Of a DNA stretch of 64,000 bases, positions 42,276 through 51,390 are shown in pieces. Below the pieces are notes generated by a model. It was not told the DNA's origin. It was given only the letters and a program-made list of their open reading frames with translations, and made no database searches. The position numbers were made by a program, and so were the translations under genes. Positions within the stretch are counted from its first letter, which is position 1. Each line of letters opens with the position of its first letter. The stretch spans positions 144,582 to 208,581 of the forward strand of contig BPJG01000001.1 in the NCBI GenBank assembly GCA_026004495.1, in the 5' to 3' direction. Origin of the DNA: Candidatus Parcubacteria bacterium (GTDB taxonomy: Bacteria; Patescibacteriota; Minisyncoccia; UBA6257; HR35).

Positions 42276-42641
42276 ATGAACGTAAATATTAATAAAAACC
42301 AGAGTAGAAATATTTTGTATAAAGAGCTTTCTTGCAAGCTACAAGATATCTTTTTTAAAATAAGAAATGAGTTGGGTAGTGGTCATAAAGAATCAATTTA
42401 TCAAAATGCCCTGGCTAAAGAATTAGAAAAGAATAAAATAAACTTTCAAAGAGAATATCCGGTGAAAATATATTCAAAAGAAGGTTATTTCTTAGGATTA
42501 TATAAACCTGATTTTGTAATAGATAATAAGATAATAATAGAAGTTAAAGCGAAAAGTTTTTTGTCAAAGCAAGAAAGGATAATTATTTATGATTATTTAA
42601 AAAATAGCGAGTTTGAAGTCGCTTATATTGTAAATTTTTAA
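42276..42641 (+). CDS. GxxExxY protein (PD-(D/E)XK nuclease-like small protein)
   Basis: The motif GHKESIY (G-x-x-E-x-x-Y) is followed by L(G/Y)KPDFVIDNKIIIEVKA, a D...E.K core. Size 121 aa. Confidence 0.65.
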   Translation: MNVNINKNQSRNILYKELSCKLQDIFFKIRNELGSGHKESIYQNALAKELEKNKINFQREYPVKIYSKEGYFLGLYKPDFVIDNKIIIEVKAKSFLSKQERIIIYDYLKNSEFEVAYIVNF

Positions 42642-42713
42642 TCTAAAAAATTATTTTTCAAAAGATATATTTTTACAAACAATAGAAAGCCATGGTTAAA
42701 AAATATAAAATAA

Positions 42714-42766
42714 AATTCGTGTGCCATTCGTGTAATATTATTATATATTCGTACCATTCGTGTAGT
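42714..42766. repeat. repeat family 2, right copy, inverted (ATTCGTGTGCCATTCGTGTA ... ATTCGTACCATTCGTGTAG)
   Basis: Reverse complement of the CACGAATGG(C/T)ACACGAAT units found upstream of the gene. Confidence 0.7.
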
Positions 42767-42773
42767 TATAAAA

Positions 42774-43646
42774 ATGTCTAGGATTTATATACAAAGTGAT
42801 AAAAAAATGAATACTGATAAAATTATTATACCTATCTATCTTGACACTGAGGGAGAATCAATTAATGCTTTTGAAGTTAAAATTAAAATCTCTGACAATT
42901 TAATTTTTAGAGATTATTTAGAGAAAGATTCAATTATTAGTTATTGGATTGAAAGACCCCATGTAGTAGAGCGGAGCTCACTACCTGGCAAACCCAATGT
43001 AGTAGAAAAAAGTTCACCACAAGGTTCTACTACTGAGAACTTGTCTCGTAGTGAACCACAAGGTTCTACTACCGAGATAAATTTTTCTGGAATTACTCCG
43101 GGAGGTTATATTGGTAAAAAAGCTTTATTAGTAAATTTAATTTTTGAAGCTAAACAAAGTGGTTCAGCTTTCATTGAAATCTTGCCTTCGTCCAATGTTT
43201 TGTTAAATGATAGCTTAGGAACAAAAGCAAAATTAATAACTGAGAAATATAGTTTTATTTTAAACCGAACTCAGGAGAAGAAAATAATAATTCAAGATAA
43301 TTACCCACCCGAGCCATTTAAGGTTTATCTTCAAAAAGATAAAGAAATTTTTAATAATAAATATTATCTTGTTTTTTATGCCCAAGACAAACAATCAGGA
43401 ATATCTTATTATGAAGTTAAAGAAGGTGATTATGATTTTGAAAAAGCTTCATCACCATATCTTTTAAAAGATCAATCTTTAAGAAGTTATGTCTATATTA
43501 AAGCAGTTGATCGAGCAGGAAATGAACGAATTGAGATTTTTAAACCTCGAAAATTATTTTTGTTAGAGGAAATTTTATCCTTGATTTTTTTTATTGTTAT
43601 AATATTCTTAATATTTCTAATTTTCAATAAAAAATTTAAGAAATAA
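42774..43646 (+). CDS. membrane-anchored cohesin-like domain protein (second copy) with in-frame repeat insertion
   Basis: The N-terminal beta domain resembles the 30238..31677 protein (IIIPIYLDTEGESINAFEVKIKISDNLIF...EINFSGITPGGYIGKKALLVNLIFEAK...AFIEIL). There is a C-terminal Ig-like region plus a TM anchor. An inserted segment RPHVVERSSLPGKPNVVEKSSPQGSTTENLSRSEPQGSTTE is encoded by short direct and inverted repeats. Confidence 0.5.
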   Translation: MSRIYIQSDKKMNTDKIIIPIYLDTEGESINAFEVKIKISDNLIFRDYLEKDSIISYWIERPHVVERSSLPGKPNVVEKSSPQGSTTENLSRSEPQGSTTEINFSGITPGGYIGKKALLVNLIFEAKQSGSAFIEILPSSNVLLNDSLGTKAKLITEKYSFILNRTQEKKIIIQDNYPPEPFKVYLQKDKEIFNNKYYLVFYAQDKQSGISYYEVKEGDYDFEKASSPYLLKDQSLRSYVYIKAVDRAGNERIEIFKPRKLFLLEEILSLIFFIVIIFLIFLIFNKKFKK

Positions 43647-43712
43647 TTAAATCTCAAAATTAATTAAAGATAATTAATCAATTGATAAGATTGTCTAAAT
43701 AAATATAAAAAA

Positions 43713-44360
43713 ATGAAAACAGAAATTGTTCCTGCAATTAATGCTCAAAATTTTGAAGAAATAAAAGAAAAAATAAACTTATTAAAAAGTTTAACCCATC
43801 ATTTTCATTTAGATGTAGCAAGTAAAGAAGCAACAAATTTTGAAACCTGGAATAACTCATCAGAATTAAAAAAAATTCCAATTGATATTGAAATAGATAT
43901 TCACTTAATGATTTATCTTAAACCAAATGATGTTTATAAGTGGAATAACGAAAACATAAAAAGATTCATTATTCATCCAGAATTTTGTTTTAACCTTGAT
44001 GCAATTTTAAAACAAATAAAAAGAATTAAAAAAGAAATTTATCTTTCTTGGTCACCTAATTTTGAATTTGAATTTATAGAAAAATATTTAAGTCATATTA
44101 ATGGTGTTTTAATTTTAGGCGTTAAGCCAGGAAAATCAGGACAAAAATTTTTAGAATCTACTTATGAAAGGATTGAAAAATTTAATCGTCTAAAGCAATC
44201 TAAAGCTTTAAAATTAATGATTGATGGAGGAATTAATAGAGAAAATTTTTTAAAAATTTATCATTATAAACCTAACTTTATAATAATAGCAAGTTCTATT
44301 TACTCTTCAGCTAATCCAATTGAGGCTTATAATGGATTTAAAAATTTATTAAGACAATAA
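43713..44360 (+). CDS. rpe: ribulose-phosphate 3-epimerase-like protein
   Basis: FHLDV, IDIHLMI, VLILGVKPGKSGQKF, MIDGGI correspond to the Rpe metal/substrate motifs, although they are divergent. Confidence 0.55.
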   Translation: MKTEIVPAINAQNFEEIKEKINLLKSLTHHFHLDVASKEATNFETWNNSSELKKIPIDIEIDIHLMIYLKPNDVYKWNNENIKRFIIHPEFCFNLDAILKQIKRIKKEIYLSWSPNFEFEFIEKYLSHINGVLILGVKPGKSGQKFLESTYERIEKFNRLKQSKALKLMIDGGINRENFLKIYHYKPNFIIIASSIYSSANPIEAYNGFKNLLRQ

Positions 44361-44804
44361 TTGATTTATTTTTTCAATAATTTTATTTAGGTCATCAGTT
44401 TTTCTAAAAAAAGCGGAAGCTCCTATTTGCTTAGCATAATATTCATCAATTTCTTTGCCAATCAAAGGATTATCTTCTCCGTAATTAGTGAAAAAGATAA
44501 ATTTAGCATTACTATTAATTTTCATTATTTCTAAAGCTGTTTCAATTCCATCCATTTCCGGCATCATTACATCTAAAATAATCAAATCATAATTATTAAA
44601 TTTAATCTTTTCTATTGCTTCTTTGCCATTATTAGCAGTATCAACCATAAAACCATTTTGTTCTAATTTAATTTTTACTATTTCTAAAATTTCTGGGGTA
44701 TCGTCAACTAATAAAATTTTTTTATTATTCATTTTAAATAAAATTATTTTAACAAAAAATTTATTGTTTTTCTGCCTCTTTAATAATTTTAATATCTTCT
44801 TCAA
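44349..44804 (-). CDS. stand-alone response-regulator receiver (CheY-like) protein
   Basis: LLVDDTPE...DLIILDVMMPEMDG...K with conserved Asp/Lys positions. Confidence 0.75.
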   Translation of the reverse strand: MKKILKLLKRQKNNKFFVKIILFKMNNKKILLVDDTPEILEIVKIKLEQNGFMVDTANNGKEAIEKIKFNNYDLIILDVMMPEMDGIETALEIMKINSNAKFIFFTNYGEDNPLIGKEIDEYYAKQIGASAFFRKTDDLNKIIEKINQLLS

Positions 44805-46242
44805 TTTTTTGCGCTAAAGACATTACAGAATTACCATAAAAACTATAAGATGGATTATTCCAATTGCTTCCAGCAAAATAAATCATAGCCGCTTTCCATT
44901 CTGCTTGATATGTTTTCTGGCTAGCCCCAGCTTCGGATAATTTTACTGCAGCAGCTATAAAAGAATGATAAATATTCCAAGGATTAGGGTTCTCTCCTAA
45001 AATTTTTGCTATTTTATCTTTATAAGCCTTCCAAGTAGAAGGAATAAACTGAGCTGGACCCATTGCCCCACCCCAACCAAAGCTTAGGGGACAAGATACT
45101 GGAACCTTAGTATAATCTAGTCCTAATTCTTTTGTGATCTCTATAAAAATTGGAACATCTCTTTTTGGATTCATAACTCTATCTCTAAATCTTCCTGAGG
45201 TATCAACGCCATCACCAGTATTAATATTAGTTACATAACATTGTCCAACATTAAGACCTAAATTACTTTCTTGTTTTAAAATAGCTAATAAAAATGCTGG
45301 TCTTATGCCAGTTAATTGATTTGCTAATTCGGCATATTCTAAAGCTTTTTCAAAAGATATTGGACCTGAACCACCTGCTAGTTTAAATAACTCTTGTCTA
45401 ATTTGAGCTGCTCGTTTTTGTAAATCACTAACATAACCTCGGTATTCTACTTCTTTTCCTCGGGTTATTTGAAGAAGATCATTTTTTTGATTTTGTAATT
45501 CATTTAATTCTTGTTTTTTTAGTTGTGAAATTTGTAAAAGATTTTGTTGTTCTTGCAAATCTTCTTCTAATTTATTTTTTTGATAATTTAATTCTCTATT
45601 TAATTTATTTAAGTATTCAATTTGTTCATTAATAGATTCTTGCAATTTATTAAGAAAAACAATATTGCTAAAATAATCAGATATATTAGCTTCAGCTAAA
45701 ACAACCTCAACGAAAGATTTTTGCGATGCCTGATAATACATTCTGGCTGTATTTTTAAAATTATCTTTAGAAACTTTAATTTTATCTTGCATCAAAGCAA
45801 TAGATTTTTTAGTATCTACTATTCTTTTATTTAAATAACCAATTTGAGAAGTAATATATTTAATTTCTAATTCTACCTTTTTTATTTGTGTATCTAAATA
45901 TTTTATTTCACCTTGCAAACTTCTTTTTTGTTTAGAAAGATTATAAATTTCTTTATTATATTCTTTAATTTGTTCTAATATAGACTTTAATTCATTTTCC
46001 AATTCTTTTTTTCTTTGAATTAAATCTTGATTATTATTCTGAGCTAAAAGATTTTTATTTATAGAAACAATAGGCCAATTATAACCAGGTGCAGCTACCA
46101 TTGAATTAGATAAATAAAATGTTGATAGCAAAAACAATAAAAATAAAACGTAAATGATTAAATCATGTTTTAGGTAAAAACTATTTTCTTTTTTAGGATA
46201 TTTATATTCAAATTTTTTAATATCTTTAATAATTTTAGACAT
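44761..46242 (-). CDS. membrane-anchored coiled-coil protein with C-terminal lytic transglycosylase-like domain
   Basis: N-terminal TM, about 250 aa of coiled coil. The C-terminus has ILKQESNLG...GPAQFIPSTW, an MltB/Slt-like catalytic region with Glu plus the GPMQF-type motif. Confidence 0.6.
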   Translation of the reverse strand: MSKIIKDIKKFEYKYPKKENSFYLKHDLIIYVLFLLFLLSTFYLSNSMVAAPGYNWPIVSINKNLLAQNNNQDLIQRKKELENELKSILEQIKEYNKEIYNLSKQKRSLQGEIKYLDTQIKKVELEIKYITSQIGYLNKRIVDTKKSIALMQDKIKVSKDNFKNTARMYYQASQKSFVEVVLAEANISDYFSNIVFLNKLQESINEQIEYLNKLNRELNYQKNKLEEDLQEQQNLLQISQLKKQELNELQNQKNDLLQITRGKEVEYRGYVSDLQKRAAQIRQELFKLAGGSGPISFEKALEYAELANQLTGIRPAFLLAILKQESNLGLNVGQCYVTNINTGDGVDTSGRFRDRVMNPKRDVPIFIEITKELGLDYTKVPVSCPLSFGWGGAMGPAQFIPSTWKAYKDKIAKILGENPNPWNIYHSFIAAAVKLSEAGASQKTYQAEWKAAMIYFAGSNWNNPSYSFYGNSVMSLAQKIEEDIKIIKEAEKQ

Positions 46243-46307
46243 TTAATTTTATCTTTAATGATAGTTTCAAATATATAATTTATATAATTTTAGTTATTAT
46301 CATTAGC

Positions 46308-46895
46308 TTATTCTTGGTTTTTTATTGCTTCTTTTTCACTTTCTAATTCTGTGCTACCTAATTCTTCTTCTAATTTTTGCTCAATAACCGAAGCAATAGG
46401 AATTTCGGGATCTAATAAAATTTTTACATTTGGAATTTTTATATCCTTAACATATATAGAATCACCTAATTTTAAATTTAAAACATCTAATTCTATCTTG
46501 TCTATTAAATCTTTTAATAACCCTTCAATTTCTAATTCAGTTAAAGATTTGTTTAAATACCATCCATTTTTTAAAATTTCTTCTTCTCCCCTAAAGACAA
46601 TAGGAATAGTGGTAGTTATAGCTTCAGTTAAATTTGGTATATATATATCGAAATGAGATATCTCTAAAGTAATTGGATCTTTTTGAATTTCCTGTAAGAT
46701 ACCTATATATTTTTGACCATTAAACATAATAGAAAATCTTTGGTGAGTAAATCTAAAACTATTATTAGCAATTTTTGCTTCGATAAAAATAGGTGTTGAA
46801 TCCATATTAGGTCCATATAGAATGCCTGGAATTAATCCTTCTTTTCTGTAAGCTTTAGCTGATTTTTTTATATCTCTTAATTTAAATTCTATCAT
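46308..46895 (-). CDS. rplY: 50S ribosomal protein L25 (Ctc-type)
   Basis: N-terminal R..GK..AK.LRKEG.IPGILYG plus a C-terminal Ctc extension. Confidence 0.75.
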   Translation of the reverse strand: MIEFKLRDIKKSAKAYRKEGLIPGILYGPNMDSTPIFIEAKIANNSFRFTHQRFSIMFNGQKYIGILQEIQKDPITLEISHFDIYIPNLTEAITTTIPIVFRGEEEILKNGWYLNKSLTELEIEGLLKDLIDKIELDVLNLKLGDSIYVKDIKIPNVKILLDPEIPIASVIEQKLEEELGSTELESEKEAIKNQE

Positions 46896-46904
46896 TTTTA
46901 AATA

Positions 46905-47867
46905 TTATAAACTAAAAATTTTTATTTTTAATTTCTCATTTTTGTATTTTTCCAATTTATTTAAGGGAATAATTCCTGTTTGAGCACCTATTTTTGATAA
47001 ATTAAAGGCTGTATTTATAGTTGCATATTTTAAGTATAATTTTAGCTTATTTTCTGAATTATCAAAATTATTTTTAACCAAAAGACCCAAAAAGGTACTT
47101 CCAAAGCAATCACCGGCACCAGTTGTATCGACAATTTTTAATTTTTTATAAGTCTCACAATGGTAAATTTTATCTTGAGTTAATAACCAAGAGCCATTTT
47201 TATCTTCAGTTATTAGGATATATTTTATCCAATTTAATTTTCTTCTAAAAGTTCTTAAAAAATTCAATTTATTTTCATTTGTAACTCTATATTTAATCAT
47301 TAAATTTGCTTCATAAAAATTTATATTTAAAAAATCTATAAAATCAAAATATTTTAAGCCTCTCAAATTAAATAAAAAATTCTTTGACGGATTAACGCCA
47401 ATAAAATTTTTGTTTTGCTTTAAAAGATGAAAAACTTTAAGCCATTTTTGAGGTGAAGTTTGGCCAGTTGAAACATAATAAACATTATTTTGGGTAATAG
47501 GTATTTCTTTTAATTTAAATATTTCATCTCCCCGATGGGTAAAAATGTATTTATTGCCTAATTTATCTAAAAAAATAAAAGATAGCGATGAATTACCTCT
47601 AGTATAAATAATATGAGATTTTATTTTTTTTTCTTCAATTACTTTTTTAATAAATTTTGAAATAAAATCATTACCTAATTTTATAATAGCTGTTGAATCT
47701 AAATTCAATTTCAAAAAATTATAAGCAAAATTTAAACCTCCACCGCCAATATCAGCAAAATATTCCTTAACATCATTCTTTTCTGAAATATTTTTAAAAT
47801 AAAACCTTAAATCATCAAAAATAAAATATATATCAAGAGTAGCTGTACCAATTGAATAAATTTTCAT
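46905..47867 (-). CDS. PfkB-family carbohydrate kinase
   Basis: C-terminal DTTGAGDCFGSTFL (PfkB signature 2) and an N-terminal GG motif. Confidence 0.75.
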   Translation of the reverse strand: MKIYSIGTATLDIYFIFDDLRFYFKNISEKNDVKEYFADIGGGGLNFAYNFLKLNLDSTAIIKLGNDFISKFIKKVIEEKKIKSHIIYTRGNSSLSFIFLDKLGNKYIFTHRGDEIFKLKEIPITQNNVYYVSTGQTSPQKWLKVFHLLKQNKNFIGVNPSKNFLFNLRGLKYFDFIDFLNINFYEANLMIKYRVTNENKLNFLRTFRRKLNWIKYILITEDKNGSWLLTQDKIYHCETYKKLKIVDTTGAGDCFGSTFLGLLVKNNFDNSENKLKLYLKYATINTAFNLSKIGAQTGIIPLNKLEKYKNEKLKIKIFSL

Positions 47868-48021
47868 TATTAGCTAAAATCTTATTCTTATTAAAATTAA
47901 AATCAAACTAAAAAATTTTCTTTTCAATAAATATTATAACTTACTCTATTTATTTTTTTAAAAATTATGTTAAAATTTGTTATGAATTCTAAATTTGTCG
48001 AAAATTAATTAGATTTCTAAA

Positions 48022-48288
48022 ATGAGTGGAAAAGTTGAAGAAATCAAATCAAGAATAAAAAAGTTATTCTCTTTATGGGTCGATGAAAATAAAATTAACC
48101 AATTAGAAATTGATGCTAAATTAGATGAAAGGGGTGTTTTAGTAGAGGTTAATGGTCCTCAAGAAATTCTATCATTGATAATTGGTAAAAGAGGGCAAAC
48201 AGTTAACGCTGTAAGACAGATACTTAAAAGCATAGGTGGTGCCTTAGGAGCAGCAATTTCCTTAAAAGTTCAAACAAAAAATAAATAA
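48022..48288 (+). CDS. KH-domain RNA-binding protein (KhpA-like)
   Basis: About 88 aa with the KH GXXG loop LIIGKRGQTVNAVR. Confidence 0.5.
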   Translation: MSGKVEEIKSRIKKLFSLWVDENKINQLEIDAKLDERGVLVEVNGPQEILSLIIGKRGQTVNAVRQILKSIGGALGAAISLKVQTKNK

Positions 48289-48298
48289 AAAATTAAAT

Positions 48299-48676
48299 CT
48301 AAATTAATTTTTTAAGATCTTTAATTTTTGTTAAATATCTCTCTTTTTTAGAAGAAGGGAATATTTTAATTTGATTATTAAAATTTTCTATTAGAAGGAT
48401 TATTATTGATTTGTTTTTAAAGTTATTAGCTCTTAACCAAAAATTTCTAAACTCTTTTGAAGAAATTTTTTTACTTTTTATTTGCCAAAAAATATATTTT
48501 CTCTTTGATTTAATAAAGGTTAAACCATCAAATAAACTCCAAAAATCTTTTTTAAGATTAATAATTCTTGGCTTAATTTCAGTTTCAGCTGAAAGGAAAA
48601 CTGATTTTATCTTGAGAGCAAATTCTTTTTCAATTTTTTTACCCTTTTTAGATTTATTTTTTAATTTTCTCATCAA
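48299..48676 (-). CDS. hypothetical basic protein (125 aa)
   Basis: ORF only. K-rich. Confidence 0.3.
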   Translation of the reverse strand: MMRKLKNKSKKGKKIEKEFALKIKSVFLSAETEIKPRIINLKKDFWSLFDGLTFIKSKRKYIFWQIKSKKISSKEFRNFWLRANNFKNKSIIILLIENFNNQIKIFPSSKKERYLTKIKDLKKLI

Positions 48677-49030
48677 TTAAAAATTATACAACAAGTAAAA
48701 TATAGACGTAAAAAAATTATTTAAGTTTTATTTTTAAAATTTTAATAAATTCTAATTTAATAAAAAATGTCCGAAAACAAAGATTATTTATGATTATTTT
48801 CACAATTAAATAAAAGGTAGCTAAATAAAGAAATTAGAGTTGTTAATATGTTATTACCCAAAAATTATATATAGAACTTAGGTAATTATTATAAATAAAT
48901 ATTTAAAGATTTAAAAATTAATTTTTATGGCTTTATAGCAACAATAAATATTTAAGATTTAATTAAGAAATTTTATAAATAAAAAAAATAAAATAAAAAA
49001 AATCTTAAATTAAAAAATATAAAATAAAAA

Positions 49031-49114
49031 GTCCCCTGAGGGTGAAAGGAGTCAAGCCCCCCCCAGGGGCATACGGGCATAACCCGGCGCAGTCGCACAT
49101 CAAGGAGGTGTCTG
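49031..49114. ncRNA. isolated GC-rich structured element (candidate small RNA / cis-regulatory leader) ending in AAGGAGGTG
   Basis: About 85 nt at >60% GC inside a ~770-nt intergenic region that is under 20% GC. Nested helices are possible (CCCCTG/CAGGGG; CGGGCATAACCCG). No family recognised. Confidence 0.3.
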
Positions 49115-49446
49115 TTTAAAATTATAATATGTTTAAAATATATTTACAATATTTAAATTCTTATTTTCTTTATCTAAGAATAATAAAAAAATATCTTAAA
49201 ATAATGATTTTTTATAAGAATTAAATAATTTATCCACATATTTCAATTAATTTTAATAGTTGTGAGTTGAAATTATGATATTTGTGGTTAAAGCCTAAAT
49301 TTCATCTAAGCCTTTGTAATATTAAGAATTAAAAAATAATAATTGCAAAAAAATAATTGACTAAATAAGATTAAAAAGTTAATTTAAAAATTTATTTTTT
49401 AACTTAAGTATTTGAAATTATCAATTTAAATCTTTAAAATATTTTA

Positions 49447-50331
49447 ATGTTAGAAATTTTTCTCTTATTAGAATTTTTAAAAAATATTTTTAATAATAAT
49501 TATGCAAATTTGAATCTTAATTTAAATAATTCGATTAAAGCTATATCTTATGAAGAATTTAATGAAGAAAAAGAAAAAAAAGAAATAAATATTGATTTAA
49601 CTAATATTTCGGCAAAAAATATTTTAGTTAAAGAAATCAAAGGACAAACTTTAATTGAAAAAAACTCACAAGAAATAAAGCCAATTGCTTCGTTAACAAA
49701 ATTAATTACTGCTGTTATTGCTCTAAAAAATTATAGTTTTGATGATGAATTTATTATTAAAAAAGAATTCTTAACTAATAATGATGCTGAAAAGAATACT
49801 AAACTCAGAGAAGGTGAAAAATTTAACCTTAAAGAAATTTTAAATATTATGTTAATTTCATCTTCAAATATTTCTGCTTGGACCTTAGCTGATAAAATGG
49901 GAAATGACAAATTTTTAAATCTAATGATTAATTTTGTCAAAGATGCTGGAGCCTTAGAAACTCAAGTAAAAGAAGCAAGTGGAATTTCTGATGATAATCG
50001 TTCTTCGTTGAATGATTTATTTTTAATTATACAGAAAATACTTAAAGAATATCCTGAAATATTTGAGATCTCCATTAAACCTGATTATTTTATTATTAAA
50101 AATGGTAATAATAGACTAATTTATAATACTAACTATTTACTAGCAGAAAAAAAATACCGGAATATAATTTTAGGCTCTAAAACAGGTTTTACTTCTAAGG
50201 CTGGGGAGTGTTTAATTCTCCTAGTTAAATATCCTACATCACCATTAATTTTTATTGGTTTATTAGATTCGAGAGATAGACTTAAGGATGCTGAATATAT
50301 CTTGGAAAAATTATCAAGATTTTATGAATAA
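49447..50331 (+). CDS. dacA: D-alanyl-D-alanine carboxypeptidase (S11, PBP5/6-like)
   Basis: SxxK (IASLTK), SxN (SSSNIS), and KTG (GSKTGFT) motifs in order. Confidence 0.7.
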   Translation: MLEIFLLLEFLKNIFNNNYANLNLNLNNSIKAISYEEFNEEKEKKEINIDLTNISAKNILVKEIKGQTLIEKNSQEIKPIASLTKLITAVIALKNYSFDDEFIIKKEFLTNNDAEKNTKLREGEKFNLKEILNIMLISSSNISAWTLADKMGNDKFLNLMINFVKDAGALETQVKEASGISDDNRSSLNDLFLIIQKILKEYPEIFEISIKPDYFIIKNGNNRLIYNTNYLLAEKKYRNIILGSKTGFTSKAGECLILLVKYPTSPLIFIGLLDSRDRLKDAEYILEKLSRFYE

Positions 50332-50333
50332 AA

Positions 50334-51374
50334 ATGGATAACTTATTAATTATTCTAAAAATTTGTTTCTGGGGAATTATTAGTTTTTGTTTATCAATTT
50401 TAATTTTTCCCTTAATAATTAAATTTATCGAACTAATAAATGCTCGTAAAAAAAATTTAAAATTAAATGCTCCTATTTTCCAAGCATTGCATAGTAAAAA
50501 AAGCGGTACTCCAACAATGGGAGGTATTCTATTTTGGTTTGTGCCCATTATTTCAATTTTAATTATTAATTTATTGAATTATATTAATTCTGACTTTGCT
50601 AATTGGTTAAATTTTTTATCACGAAGAGAAACTTATTTGCCTCTAGGTTTTTTGGTTTTCGGTGGCTTAATTGGACTTATTGATGATATAATTGGACTTT
50701 TTTTTCTAAAAAAAAATGGGCTATCTATTAAAGAAAAATTAATTGTTTATTTTGCTTTTTCGATAATAATTACTTGGTGGATTGTGGTTAAGCTGGGTAT
50801 AAGATATTTATATATTCCCTTCATTGGTAGAATTTATGTTAATATTTTTATTTTTTCTCTTTTTCTTATTTTTTATTTTATTGCTGTTAGCTTTTCAGCT
50901 AACGAAACAGATGGCTTAGATGGACTCTTAGGAGGTATTGCTATAATAATCATAGGTACCCTAACGGTAATTTCTTTTATAAATGGTAATTATAATTTGG
51001 TTATTACTTCAATTATTATTATTAGCAGCTTGTTATTATTTTTATGGTTTAATGTCTATCCAGCAAAAATTTTTATGGGGGATACAGGCTCAATGGCTAT
51101 TGGAAGTTATATTGCTGTTGTCTCCTTATTAGAAGGAGTTTATTTTCTTCTACCACTTTTAGCTTTTATTTTTGTTTTAGAATCTTATTCTGTTATCATC
51201 CAAACTATATCAAAAAAAATTTTTAAAAAGAAAGTTTTTATTTCTACCCCCATTCATCATCATTTTGAAGCCCTCAATATTCCTGAACCTAATATTGTTT
51301 TTAAGTTTTGGCTAATTAATCTGATAGGAGCTTTAATAGCTTTTATAATTTTTATTTTAGATAAATTAGTTTAA
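50334..51374 (+). CDS. mraY: phospho-N-acetylmuramoyl-pentapeptide transferase
   Basis: GTPTMGGILF and MGDTGSMAIG motifs, polytopic. Confidence 0.85.
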   Translation: MDNLLIILKICFWGIISFCLSILIFPLIIKFIELINARKKNLKLNAPIFQALHSKKSGTPTMGGILFWFVPIISILIINLLNYINSDFANWLNFLSRRETYLPLGFLVFGGLIGLIDDIIGLFFLKKNGLSIKEKLIVYFAFSIIITWWIVVKLGIRYLYIPFIGRIYVNIFIFSLFLIFYFIAVSFSANETDGLDGLLGGIAIIIIGTLTVISFINGNYNLVITSIIIISSLLLFLWFNVYPAKIFMGDTGSMAIGSYIAVVSLLEGVYFLLPLLAFIFVLESYSVIIQTISKKIFKKKVFISTPIHHHFEALNIPEPNIVFKFWLINLIGALIAFIIFILDKLV

Positions 51375-51390
51375 GGTTAAATAAATTAGT

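Noticed and set aside
49129-49209. Short ORF (MFKIYLQYLNSYFLYLRIIKKYLK) downstream of the GC-rich island
   Set aside because: About 26 codons, with the AAGGAGG about 19 nt upstream (poor spacing). Composition matches the intergenic background.
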